64,000 nucleotides of DNA from contig JAQVLT010000004.1 in the NCBI GenBank assembly GCA_028704015.1, positions 6,052 to 70,051 of the forward strand. Reading direction: 5' to 3'. Made by a program: the position numbers and the translations under genes. Under the pieces are notes generated by a model. That model did not search any database. It was not told the DNA's origin and saw only the letters and a list, made by a program, of their open reading frames with translations. The DNA comes from Patescibacteria group bacterium. GTDB lineage: Bacteria > Patescibacteriota > Patescibacteriia > Patescibacteriales > JAQVLT01. Below, piece after piece: positions 39,229-49,014 of the stretch (the first letter of the stretch is position 1; each line of letters begins with the position of its first letter).

Positions 39229-39668
39229 CTAAAAATATTTTCTGATTTTTTCCAAATCTCCGTTAAGAATAATTGGTTGCATAGCTTTTATTTCATCAGA
39301 ATAATTTAATATAGGAATTTGATTTAATAAAAAAAATTTTTATTCAAAATATGGGCGAAACCAATTTCCAAAAAAGTATTTCCGCCAATATAATTGCTTA
39401 TTCCGTTTTTATCATAATTAACAACCAATATGCCATCACACTCTTTTATTACATTAAAATACCTTCTAATTACGTCGTCTTGAATTTTTCTTAAATGAGC
39501 ATCATTATCAAACTTCTCTTTGTTGTAATCTTCCATGCTTAATTCTCCATTTAAAATTTTTTGAGCCGTTAAGGGCATTTCAACTTCATAACCGATTTTT
39601 ACCAATTCATCCGATATTTTTTTGATTTCTTGAACAAAATTAATACTGCCGCAGATAACAATTTTCAT
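39229..39668 (-). pseudogene. Nucleoside 2-deoxyribosyltransferase-like protein interrupted by a frameshift
   Basis: ICGS...DGILVVN...YIGGNTFLEIGFA. The expected tail (LLNQIP...DEIKAMQPIILNGDLEKI) continues in the -1 frame after an A5T8 run. Confidence 0.7.
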
Positions 39669-39672
39669 AAAT

Positions 39673-40281
39673 TTATAAACCCAGTTGGTCGCTGATGCCG
39701 CGCAAAGATTCTAAGCCAATATGCAAAAATTCCTCCAAACTCAAACCGACTTGCTCGCACTCCTTGATGATTTCCCGATTGCAGTTGGCGGCAAATTTTT
39801 TATTTTTAAATTTCTTTTTTAATGATTCTAATTTTAGCAAAGCTAATTTTTTCTCCGGTTGCACCAACGTGCTGGCAACAATCAGGCCCGTGGCGGTTTC
39901 GGCGGCGGCTAGACAATGTTCCAATAATCCTTCGCGTTTTTTATCTTTTAATTCTTCCGGGCCATAAAATTTCCCCTCTCCCCATCCTTGCCCATAGCAA
40001 TGCGATTGGATTGTTTTGATTAAGAAATCACTGCCGCCGGCATTTTTTAAGATTTCCACGGCTTTAAGACAATGATTTTTGGTGTCATCTTTGGTTAGTT
40101 CCCAATCAATATAATGAAGCAAGCCGATAATTGCCCACTCTTCTTCATTTTCATTAAAATGGCGCGCCAAAGCTCGCATGATCGCTTCAGTTTCAAGATA
40201 ATGAAGATTATTTATTCTGTCTTTAGTATATTCAGCCACTAACTCCTTAGCTTTGTTGTAGTTTATACCTAAATTTTCCAT
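39673..40281 (-). CDS. HD/HDIG-domain protein (HD motif reads HY)
   Basis: H..ETEAIMRALA, GLLHYIDWE, TGLIVA, FAANCNRE. Confidence 0.8.
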   Translation of the reverse strand: MENLGINYNKAKELVAEYTKDRINNLHYLETEAIMRALARHFNENEEEWAIIGLLHYIDWELTKDDTKNHCLKAVEILKNAGGSDFLIKTIQSHCYGQGWGEGKFYGPEELKDKKREGLLEHCLAAAETATGLIVASTLVQPEKKLALLKLESLKKKFKNKKFAANCNREIIKECEQVGLSLEEFLHIGLESLRGISDQLGL

Positions 40282-40302
40282 AAACTTGCTACACGTTATA
40301 TG

Positions 40303-41772
40303 TTATGCGTTACGCGATTTTGGCTTCATCAAGGGAAAGATCTGGCACTCGCGCATGGATTTGTCGGATAAAAAGGCAAAAACACGTTCACTGAGGCCAA
40401 AACCGCAGGTTGGCGGCATTCCATATTCCAGCGCTTCTACGAATTCGTGATCAAACATCTGCGCTTCTTCATCTCCAGCTTCGCGTAATTTTTGTTGTTC
40501 GGCAAATCTCGCGGCCTGGTCAAGCGGATCATTAAGTTCGCTATAACCGTTGCCAAGTTCGGATCCGGCAATAATCGGATGAAATTTCTGTGTTAATCTA
40601 GGGTTGCCTTCAATGCGCTTAGCAAGCGGCGCCACTTCCACTGGAATACCAACCAAGAAACCCGGACCGGCGATTTGCTTGCGGCAAAATTTCCAGAGAT
40701 TATCAATCGCTCTCGTAATATTAAATCCCTTTTTGTCATATTCCACCTTCAATTCTTTTAATTTCTTTTCAATTTCCTCAATATCGGCGGTTAAAATATC
40801 CACTCCAGTCATTTTCTTTATCGTTTCGGCATAATCATAGCGCTCCCATTTTTTCCCCAAGTCAATTTCCCAGTCACGAATTTTAAATTTTAGCGTGCCA
40901 AAAGTTTTTTCCGCGACATATTTAAATAATTCTTCGGTTAATTTCATACCTTTTTCAAAATCAGCATAAGCCCAATAGAACTCCATCTGCGTGTAATCCT
41001 GCAAATGCTCGGCATCCATGCCTTCGTTCCTAAATTGGCGGCCAATCTCAAAAGTTTTGTCATAACCCGCCACCATTAATTTCTTTTGCCACAATTCACC
41101 CATGGAAATGCGCAAATAAACGTCCAAGTCCAGCGCGTTGTGATGCGTGATAAACGGTCGGGCATCAGCGCCGCCGGTTGTTACTTCAAGAACCGGCGTT
41201 TCTACTTCCAAAAATCCTTTGGCAACCAAAAATTCGCGGACTGCTTGCCAAAACTTCGCTTTCTTCACAAACATCTCGCGCGTCTCGTCATTGAATAAAA
41301 TATCTAGATATCTTTTGCGCAGTTTATCTTCTTCATCCTGAATGCCGTGCCACTTGTCCGGCAATGACCGAATGGCTTTGGTTAATAATTTCCATGTTTT
41401 GGCATTAATGCTTTTTTCGCCTTTGTGCGTGACAAAGCACTCCCCCTTTATCTCCACAAAATCTCCGATATCAACTAGTTTGGAAATTATTTTAAAATCT
41501 TCTTGTCCAATATCTTTTTTGGAAATCGCAATTTGAATTTTCCCCGTCCCATCTTCCAGATGCGCGAATATTAAATTGCCCATGACGCGAATGGTGCGTA
41601 AACGCCCAGCCACGCAAATTAAGGCCTTCTCCCCTTCCAGCTTCTCAAATTCAGCCAAAACTTCGGCAACTGTGCGGTCGCGGTCGGTTTTTGCCGGAAA
41701 TGGATCAATATTTAATTTTTTGAGTTCGTCTATTTTTTTAATTCGCTCATCTCGTTCGCTTATTTTCTCCAT
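40303..41772 (-). CDS. lysS: Lysine-tRNA ligase (class II)
   Basis: OB fold, EVETP, GGADARPF, FRNEG, ELGNGYSELNDP, YGMPP. Confidence 0.96.
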   Translation of the reverse strand: MEKISERDERIKKIDELKKLNIDPFPAKTDRDRTVAEVLAEFEKLEGEKALICVAGRLRTIRVMGNLIFAHLEDGTGKIQIAISKKDIGQEDFKIISKLVDIGDFVEIKGECFVTHKGEKSINAKTWKLLTKAIRSLPDKWHGIQDEEDKLRKRYLDILFNDETREMFVKKAKFWQAVREFLVAKGFLEVETPVLEVTTGGADARPFITHHNALDLDVYLRISMGELWQKKLMVAGYDKTFEIGRQFRNEGMDAEHLQDYTQMEFYWAYADFEKGMKLTEELFKYVAEKTFGTLKFKIRDWEIDLGKKWERYDYAETIKKMTGVDILTADIEEIEKKLKELKVEYDKKGFNITRAIDNLWKFCRKQIAGPGFLVGIPVEVAPLAKRIEGNPRLTQKFHPIIAGSELGNGYSELNDPLDQAARFAEQQKLREAGDEEAQMFDHEFVEALEYGMPPTCGFGLSERVFAFLSDKSMRECQIFPLMKPKSRNA

Positions 41773-41844
41773 ATTTTTAGCTAATTTATTATTAACAATG
41801 TGATTATATTTTAAGATATTTTAAAGATAAAGTCAAAGAAAACT

Positions 41845-41882
41845 AAAGAAACTCAGTTTCCAATTGGAAACTGAGTTTCTTT
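41845..41882. repeat. 38-bp perfect palindrome with self-palindromic arms
   Basis: AAAGAAACTCAGTTTCCAA|TTGGAAACTGAGTTTCTTT. Confidence 0.9.
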
Positions 41883-41902
41883 TTATATTTGCACAATTCT
41901 TT

Positions 41903-42056
41903 TGTCATTCCGGACGCAAAGCGATCCGGAATCCAGGAGAGAGCCGTACCTGCGAAAAAATTCTTACGAAGATTATTTGATGATTTTGCCGTTGGCTCAT
42001 TGATTCCCGCCTTCGCTCGCCTCGCTGGAGCTATGGCGAAGCGGGCGGGAATGACA
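41903..42056. repeat. TGTC...GACA REPIN/RPE-like element
   Basis: TGTCATTCCGGAC..TCCGGAATCCA ... TGATTCCCGCC[nested hairpin]GGCGGGAATGACA. Confidence 0.8.
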
Positions 42057-42120
42057 AAAATTTTTGAGATCAAAAAAACCGCGTTTAAGCGGTTTTTAAT
42101 ATTTGATAATAAAAAAATTT

Positions 42121-42579
42121 TTACTCAATCTTCACAATTTTATATTCCACTTCTCCTCTTGGCGTATTAACCTTAACTTTATCGCCTTTCTTCTTGCCAA
42201 GGAAAGCTAAACCCAAAGGAGATTCATTGGAAATTTTTCCTTGCGCGGGATCAACCTCGTTGAAGCTGACAATGGTAAATTCTTTTTTGCCATTGCCATT
42301 TTCCACGGTAATTTTTGAGCCCATTGATACCTCATTTTTACTGTGCTCACTTTCAACAATCGTTACATTCTTAAGTATGGCTGTTAGTTCCCCAATTCTG
42401 CCATCATTAAAAGCCTGGGCGTCTTTGGCGTCATGATATTCGGCATTTTCGCTCAAATCGCCTAATTCCTTGGCGGTTTCAATTCTTTCGGCAATTTCCT
42501 TTCTTTTTACATTAAGTAAATATTCAAGCTCATTTTTTAATTTTTCGTATCCCTCTTTTGTAATTATTTGGTCTGGCAT
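42121..42579 (-). CDS. greA: Transcription elongation factor GreA
   Basis: GDLSENAEY, ISNESPLG. Confidence 0.96.
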   Translation of the reverse strand: MPDQIITKEGYEKLKNELEYLLNVKRKEIAERIETAKELGDLSENAEYHDAKDAQAFNDGRIGELTAILKNVTIVESEHSKNEVSMGSKITVENGNGKKEFTIVSFNEVDPAQGKISNESPLGLAFLGKKKGDKVKVNTPRGEVEYKIVKIE

Positions 42580-42686
42580 ATTTTTAAAAAAATTTTTTTA
42601 ACATAATAACTAATATACAATAAAATAAAAAATCATGCAAGGGGCATGATTAATTTTTTTTAAATTGTTTTATTTTTGGCTAAAAT

Positions 42687-44159
42687 TTAATAATTTATCT
42701 CTTTATAATTATTTATCGCCATGCTTGTCAATATCAAAAATCCGATGCCTAACGGATGATTTAAATAAGGCGTAAAAAAGTGGATAACTGCCAAAGATAA
42801 AATTCCCACGCCCAAACCGATTGATATTTTGCTATTTATTTTCATGGATTTCCAAAATATTTTTGCAATCAGAAATAAATAACAAGCCATGCCGAGAAAA
42901 CCAATTTTTATCCAAATATCCAGCCAGCCCCATTCAAAAGCATAAGTGGTGTACAAACCATTGGCATTATTCGCCAAAGCGCGCGGATCAAAAGTTTTGT
43001 AAGTAGCGGTCGCGCCAAATCCTTCGCCTAGAAGCGGCGCTTTTTTAATTTCCCCCCAAAGCACGGGCAAAAGATTCCAGCGCGATGACACGGCGGCCTC
43101 GCCCTCAAACTGGCTGGCTCGTCCCGCCAGCAAATCAAGCGCCGAAGCCCCGGACAGAGGCGCCGGAATGGGAAATTTTAAAATACCAACAATCAAAATC
43201 AAACTCAAAATCAAAGATGAAATTATTATCATGAAATATCTTAATAATTTTCGCCACTGTCTTTTCCAAATTAAATAAATTCCGAAAACCGATAAACCCG
43301 TGGCCAAGCCAAGCCAAAAACTGCGCGAAAGACAAATGATGACTGCAGTCAAGTTGAAAGTTAAAAGTAGAAAGTATAAAGCTTGTCCGCCGATGAGGCG
43401 GGTGGTTTCTTTTTTATTTTCTGCCAAAAGCCAAGGCAAAAACAAAAATATCGCTAACAAATTATAAATTTGCGATTGAATAAATATGCGGAAAAAACCG
43501 TATTGCACAAAAGTGATTTCACCAACCAAAGTGTTGCGAATCCAACTATAAAGTAAATTCGCGGTCTGCGGCAAATCGTGGGAAAAAATAAAAAATAAAA
43601 ATAAAGTCTCAAACCCAAGCCACAAAGTTGCAGCAACAAAAATTTCCAAAATCCTTTTCCAATCATCTTTTGATTTAATTGCGGTAAATATTGGTAAAAC
43701 CGCTAAAATATACAACCAATTATTAAAATCTGAATAAATATTAGAGAGAGCGTTATGACGCGCAAAAGCATTGATCACTCCCAAAAATAATAAAAATATA
43801 AAAATATAAAAATATAAAAATTTGCGGTTGCAAAAATTGGGAATTTGTATTTTAAAATTTGGAATTTGTTTAAAAAACCATACCAACATTAATATGGACC
43901 AAATCGCGATGCGAATGGATAAAACAAAATGTCCAAACGAAAAATAAAATAAATATCCCTTGGAACCGATAAAAAGTTCCGCCAATAGAATAAAAACTCC
44001 CCAACGCAAATCTTTGATGGTTAAAAGCAAAGTGGCCAAACAGATTATAACAAAAACGATTTGTCTAACTTCGGGAAATTTAAAACCCAAGAAAGAAATA
44101 ATCTCTAAAAAAAATATTACTGAAAAAATTGTTAAAATGTTTTTATAAGATTTATTCAT
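42687..44159 (-). CDS. O-antigen ligase/polymerase family membrane protein
   Basis: Many TM helices, SRSFW, SSRW...PLLGEGFG; start moved to ATG 44159. Confidence 0.75.
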   Translation of the reverse strand: MNKSYKNILTIFSVIFFLEIISFLGFKFPEVRQIVFVIICLATLLLTIKDLRWGVFILLAELFIGSKGYLFYFSFGHFVLSIRIAIWSILMLVWFFKQIPNFKIQIPNFCNRKFLYFYIFIFLLFLGVINAFARHNALSNIYSDFNNWLYILAVLPIFTAIKSKDDWKRILEIFVAATLWLGFETLFLFFIFSHDLPQTANLLYSWIRNTLVGEITFVQYGFFRIFIQSQIYNLLAIFLFLPWLLAENKKETTRLIGGQALYFLLLTFNLTAVIICLSRSFWLGLATGLSVFGIYLIWKRQWRKLLRYFMIIISSLILSLILIVGILKFPIPAPLSGASALDLLAGRASQFEGEAAVSSRWNLLPVLWGEIKKAPLLGEGFGATATYKTFDPRALANNANGLYTTYAFEWGWLDIWIKIGFLGMACYLFLIAKIFWKSMKINSKISIGLGVGILSLAVIHFFTPYLNHPLGIGFLILTSMAINNYKEINY

Positions 44160-44160
44160 A

Positions 44161-44259
44161 TCACCTACGCCCAACCATAAATGGATTGGACTATATTTCT
44201 GCAAGCCCCATTAATGGGGCTTTTTTAGCGAGTAGCCCAATCCATTTATGGTTGGGTGA
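44161..44259. repeat. GTAG-type REP doublet (REPIN)
   Basis: GTAGCCCAATCCATTTATGGTTGGG (44232-44256) and an inverted copy (44170-44194) flank palindrome AAGCCCCATTAATGGGGCTT. Confidence 0.8.
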
Positions 44260-44268
44260 ATCAAATCA

Positions 44269-44706
44269 TTAAAATTTTATACTATCCCCTACTTTAATAT
44301 TATTTTTGTCCGCAAAACCACCGTTAACTTCCAGAACATAATTTACCGTATTGCCGCTTGAATAAATATTCTTTGGCATGATACCTTCGGGTGGCAAATT
44401 TTTATCTATCTTTATTATTTTATCATCGCTAATCCAAATTATATCCAGAGGAAATTTCATCCGGCGCATCGCAAAACTTTGTGTGGCTTTCCAGGGAAAA
44501 ACAAAAAACATACCGCAATCTGCGCAGAGGTCCTCCCGATCGCTTAAACCGCGATAACGCGAATACGGATTATCGACAATTTCCACTTTAATCTTCGCAT
44601 CGTTAATTTCCACTTCGTTAATTTTTGAAGCGGTTTTACGCGGGAAAAACAAAATTATGGCAACAACAATCACAATCACTAATAAAATTATAAAATATTT
44701 TGTCAT
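44269..44706 (-). CDS. DUF192 protein
   Basis: RGLS.R, GMFFVF, MKFPLDIIWI, VLEVNGG. Confidence 0.9.
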   Translation of the reverse strand: MTKYFIILLVIVIVVAIILFFPRKTASKINEVEINDAKIKVEIVDNPYSRYRGLSDREDLCADCGMFFVFPWKATQSFAMRRMKFPLDIIWISDDKIIKIDKNLPPEGIMPKNIYSSGNTVNYVLEVNGGFADKNNIKVGDSIKF

Positions 44707-45401
44707 AAATTATGTTTCTTTTTCACAATCTCAACCGCCTGATTATATTTTTTTACGGCCTTAAGCCAGGGAAAAAATTTGTAGGCAAAACTTGGCAGCC
44801 AGGAGCTGATTGTGCCGCCAGGCTTAAGAGTAAACAGAATTTCATTAACCCAAACGCCAACATGGTTTTCCTCGAGCATTGTTAAATACAAATCCCAATC
44901 CTGAAATTTTCTGATTGATTCGTCCCAGCCGGTTTTTGGAAAATGCTCTCGCCTGATTAAAGACATGGTGTGAATACACGGGCCGGCTTTTAATCTTTCT
45001 ACGCTAAATTCATCAACCGCAAATAGCTTTCTGCCCCAAACAAAGCTTGGATAAGCATAGCTTGCTTCCGGATGATTTTTTAATGCTTCACGTAATTTTT
45101 CCAAAGCACTTGGCTCCAATACCGAATCGGCATCGCAAAAAAACAAATATTCGCCGCGCGATTCTCTAAACCCCTTATTTCTGGCGCTTGGTGGTCCCTG
45201 ATTTTCTTGATTAAAAACATTTACGGATTGAGTATATTCAAATTTTTCCAAAATACTGCCGATTCTTTTATCAAAATCGTCGGTTGAGCCGTCGTTAACA
45301 ATAATAATTTCAAAATCCTTGAAAGTTTGCTTAAAAATTGAATCTAAACAATTTCCTATTTTATCTGCCATGTTATAAATTGGAATTATTATTGAAATCA
45401 T
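44703..45401 (-). CDS. GT2 glycosyltransferase
   Basis: IIIPIYN, VNDGSTD, FCDAD, QDWD. Confidence 0.92.
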   Translation of the reverse strand: MISIIIPIYNMADKIGNCLDSIFKQTFKDFEIIIVNDGSTDDFDKRIGSILEKFEYTQSVNVFNQENQGPPSARNKGFRESRGEYLFFCDADSVLEPSALEKLREALKNHPEASYAYPSFVWGRKLFAVDEFSVERLKAGPCIHTMSLIRREHFPKTGWDESIRKFQDWDLYLTMLEENHVGVWVNEILFTLKPGGTISSWLPSFAYKFFPWLKAVKKYNQAVEIVKKKHNL

Positions 45402-45424
45402 AAAATAAATTAAAAATTAAGACT

Positions 45425-46501
45425 TTATTTTTGAATAAAATTATAAATATTTCTAACGTGGTCTTTCCAATTAAAATCTTTTATCGCCCGTTCTTTCCCT
45501 TGTTCTCCTATTTTCTTTCGCAAGTCTTGATCCAGCGCCAATTTACTTATCGCCTCTTTTATTTCCAAAATATTTTCCGGATTAACCAGTATTCCGCTAA
45601 CGCCATCAAATATCGCCTCGGCTACGCCGCCGCTACGACCGGCGATCACCGGTTTGCCGGCCAGATTCGCTTCCAGATAAACTATACCAAAGCCGTCAAA
45701 ATTTCCCGCCTCTTCCCGCGTCGGCTGAACAAAAACATCACAAAGATCCAGCCAAGCCCATTTTTCTTCATCGGAAATCGCACCCAGAAAATAAACATTT
45801 TTTTGCGAGCCCGCTAATTTTCTTAGAAATTCTTCATCCGGCCCGCTGCCCGCGATACAATAAACTAAATTGGAAATTTTTTTTGAAATTTCCGGCATCG
45901 CCTCCAATACCTTATCAATTCCCTTTCGTTTTATCAAACGCCCAATACTGAACAAAACAATTTTATTTTCCAAATTATATTTATTTTTTATTTGTATTAC
46001 GCGTTCCGCGTCACGCCCTAAACTCCTTTCCACTCCCGGGCAAACCACAATGTTTTTTCCTTTTAACTTCGCGCCCAATTCCATGAAGATGCTTTGCGTA
46101 AATTCGCTATTGCAAATTATATGTTCGGCATTTTCTAAAATTTTTTTGGCTAACCATTTTTTTCTCCAGTTTTTTCGCGTGTAAGCGATATCGGTCCCAT
46201 GCAAAATGATGCCGTATTTAATTTTTGAAAACTTTGCGAGCAAAAATGCCGCGGTTCCGAGCGGTAAAATATTCCCCACTATTACATATTCTATTTTATT
46301 TTTTTTGACTTCATCTCGCAACCGCCAAATCGCCGGTAACCATTTTAGAAGCGGTAATTTATTATTGATTAATTTACCATCATTATTATCCAAAACAAAA
46401 ATATTCTCGCTTTCCGGCCAGTTAATAATTAAATTTTTATAATATTCCGCTACCCCGCCCTTGAACGGCGGATACTCCAATGTAAAAAGCAATGTTTTCA
46501 T
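45425..46501 (-). CDS. GT4 glycosyltransferase
   Basis: EYPPFKGGVA, GRLIKRKG, GFGIVYLEA. Confidence 0.92.
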   Translation of the reverse strand: MKTLLFTLEYPPFKGGVAEYYKNLIINWPESENIFVLDNNDGKLINNKLPLLKWLPAIWRLRDEVKKNKIEYVIVGNILPLGTAAFLLAKFSKIKYGIILHGTDIAYTRKNWRKKWLAKKILENAEHIICNSEFTQSIFMELGAKLKGKNIVVCPGVERSLGRDAERVIQIKNKYNLENKIVLFSIGRLIKRKGIDKVLEAMPEISKKISNLVYCIAGSGPDEEFLRKLAGSQKNVYFLGAISDEEKWAWLDLCDVFVQPTREEAGNFDGFGIVYLEANLAGKPVIAGRSGGVAEAIFDGVSGILVNPENILEIKEAISKLALDQDLRKKIGEQGKERAIKDFNWKDHVRNIYNFIQK

Positions 46502-46506
46502 TTATT

Positions 46507-47967
46507 TTATACTGTTTGTTTTTTAAACGACTTATAAACACTTAAAATATCTTCTTTTTTAAAACCTCCTAAAATATATACTAACAAAAAATATATTATT
46601 CCACCCAAAATAACCAGAAAGACGATATTGATAAACGGCTTTAAATAAAATACCGCAAAAGCCATTACCACGGCCGCAAATAATGATTTTAAAAATACTA
46701 AAAATATTTTTTTTGACCTCAGGCTAATAATCTTTGGCACCCAATATATCCCCAGTGCAAACATTAAAAAATTAGTAACTAACACGGTGATGCTCGCGCC
46801 GACTGATTGCATTTTGGGAATTAACAACAAATTTAAAAACACACTAATCATAGCTACAATCACCATGTTGATTGTATTAACTTTTTGTTTGTCGCAAGCG
46901 TTAAGCAGAGCGCCGATCGCAAAATTAACAAACATAAATACCAAGGCCGAAATGGTAATAATCATTGGCGTTATTGCTTCGCTATAACCGGATTTAAAAA
47001 GTAAAATTATTTTGTCAGCCAAAACAATCGTCCCGGCAGTAATCGGAATGGAAATAATCATTAAATAATTCATCGCGCGTTCAAATGAAACAGCTAATTG
47101 CGCTTTGTTATTCATCCAATATGAACTCATAGCCGGATATAACGAAGCGGTAAATGCCATGGGCAAAAACTGCAAAGCAAAAATAATTTTAAATGGCACC
47201 TGATAAATTCCCACTTCTCTGTCGCCGGCCAAAATTGACAAAAGCACGGAATCAAAATAAGTATACCCGCGCTGGAAGATAGCATAAAGAGCAAAAGGAG
47301 CGGTTAATAGTAAAATATAGCGCATTATTTTTCTATTAAATAACAGTTTAATTTTTATTTGCCATTTTTTTCTGATTAAAATATAGGAATATAAAAAATT
47401 AAAAAAACTGGCAAAAACCAGGGATAACATTAGCCAGTGCAAACCCAAATTTAATTTTAAAATCACTAACCCTGATGTTAATACTATTATCTGAAAAATA
47501 ACTGAAGAGATGCTTTCCCAAAAAAGATTATGATAACCGCGCGCCACGGCGAAAAAACTAGCGGTAAAAGTGTCCAAAACCATACAAAACATTGATAAAT
47601 ATACCAGATGCCGAGTAATTTCCGGATAATCCATTAAATTAATCAGTGAAATTACCGCCAAGGACACCAAAACTGCTAACAAAAACTTTATACCGACAAC
47701 ACCACTAACTAAATTATTAATTTTATTTTTATCTTCTTGAGCGCCATTTTCCCGCGCAATTTCGCGAGTTAAGACATTGGTCTGACCAATATCAATAAGG
47801 ATTGAAAAAATCGTCGTGAAAGAAATGGCAAAATAATATTTACCCAAATCTTCCGGTCCCAAAACACGCGCAATAATTATAAAATAACTAAAAGAAATGA
47901 TTTTTTGCAAAATCAAGGCAAAAGTAAAATAGCTTGTGTTTTTGGCTACATTTGCAATTTTATTCAT
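46507..47967 (-). CDS. Wzx-type polysaccharide flippase
   Basis: About 14 TM helices, ARVLGPEDLG, D.VLL...VGIY. Confidence 0.88.
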   Translation of the reverse strand: MNKIANVAKNTSYFTFALILQKIISFSYFIIIARVLGPEDLGKYYFAISFTTIFSILIDIGQTNVLTREIARENGAQEDKNKINNLVSGVVGIKFLLAVLVSLAVISLINLMDYPEITRHLVYLSMFCMVLDTFTASFFAVARGYHNLFWESISSVIFQIIVLTSGLVILKLNLGLHWLMLSLVFASFFNFLYSYILIRKKWQIKIKLLFNRKIMRYILLLTAPFALYAIFQRGYTYFDSVLLSILAGDREVGIYQVPFKIIFALQFLPMAFTASLYPAMSSYWMNNKAQLAVSFERAMNYLMIISIPITAGTIVLADKIILLFKSGYSEAITPMIITISALVFMFVNFAIGALLNACDKQKVNTINMVIVAMISVFLNLLLIPKMQSVGASITVLVTNFLMFALGIYWVPKIISLRSKKIFLVFLKSLFAAVVMAFAVFYLKPFINIVFLVILGGIIYFLLVYILGGFKKEDILSVYKSFKKQTV

Positions 47968-48003
47968 GCTATAATTATAGCATAAAATATATTAAAGCAA
48001 ACT

Positions 48004-48546
48004 ATGGACACTTTTATTTTAGTGCTAATAATTATAGCAATCGTGACGGGAATTTTTATGGTTGTATATTTATTTTTTTGGTCATGGACAGTGATTACGC
48101 TGTTTAAAACCAAAGTTCCTTTTGCAAGAACCCCAGAAGACAACATTAAGCGTATTTTCAATGAGATTAACCTGCCGAAAAATTCCCTAATTTATGATTT
48201 GGGGTGCGGCGACGGTCGGGTTTTATTTTTAGCAGAAAAATATGGATACAAATCTATAGGATACGAATTGTCTTTATATCCTTATTTAAAAGCAAAAATA
48301 AAAAAATTCTTAATTCATAGCCAAGTTGAAATTTATCAAAAAAACTTTTTAAAAGCAGATTTGAACAAGGCGGATGCGATCTTTATTTTTCTGACAAAAA
48401 AAGGCATTGCTGATTTAAGCCAAAAATTAAAAAACGAGCTAAAATCTGGAACAATAATTATTTCCTATGGTTTTACATTGCCTAGCTGGAAAATAGACAA
48501 AATTATAGACACGAAACCTAGCAAATTTTATCTATACAAAAAATAA
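48004..48546 (+). CDS. Membrane-anchored SAM-dependent methyltransferase
   Basis: N-terminal TM, VPFART, YDLGCGDGR. Confidence 0.85.
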   Translation: MDTFILVLIIIAIVTGIFMVVYLFFWSWTVITLFKTKVPFARTPEDNIKRIFNEINLPKNSLIYDLGCGDGRVLFLAEKYGYKSIGYELSLYPYLKAKIKKFLIHSQVEIYQKNFLKADLNKADAIFIFLTKKGIADLSQKLKNELKSGTIIISYGFTLPSWKIDKIIDTKPSKFYLYKK

Positions 48547-48648
48547 AAACGAAAAATTGACCAATTTAATAGTTTGTGTTAGTATCTTATTATACCCACA
48601 AAACTTAACAATTACGTGGTTTTTTTATAACAAAATAACTAACTTTTT

Positions 48649-48936
48649 ATGAAAAAAGATATTCATCCAAAATATTACAATGACGCAAAAGTATCATGCG
48701 CTTGCGGAAATACTTTTACAACCGGCTCAACAATGCCTGAAATCAAAACAGAGCTTTGTTCAGCTTGCCATCCTTTCTATACAGGTAAGCAGAAATTAGT
48801 AGATACTGCCAGACGTGTGGAAAAATTCCAAGCGAAAATGGAAGCGCAAAAATCAACTGCCAAAACAAGAACCGGCAAGAAGATTAAACGCGCTGCTCGA
48901 GCTACGAAAAAAGCTGCAAAAAAAGACGAAAAATAG
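48649..48936 (+). CDS. rpmE: 50S ribosomal protein L31 (Zn-binding type)
   Basis: [23 protein letters not shown]. Confidence 0.96.
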   Translation: MKKDIHPKYYNDAKVSCACGNTFTTGSTMPEIKTELCSACHPFYTGKQKLVDTARRVEKFQAKMEAQKSTAKTRTGKKIKRAARATKKAAKKDEK

Positions 48937-49014
48937 CTTTAAAAAAACAATTGCCTTTGTTTGTGTTATAATTGATTTAGGGCAATTGTTTTTTTATTTA
49001 CTAAACTAAAAAAT

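Noticed and set aside
38672-39668. Frameshift fusion of the NDT-like protein to the 2H phosphoesterase
   Set aside because: The -1 frame ends at TAG 39229-39231 (...LEKIRKYF*), so no fusion forms
41773-42120. T-box or riboswitch upstream of lysS (also checked serS and gltX)
   Set aside because: No T-box motif was seen; the structure is explained by repeats and the greA terminator
41843-42170. ORFs 41843-42073(-) and 41889-42170(+)
   Set aside because: They are translations of the palindromic repeat elements
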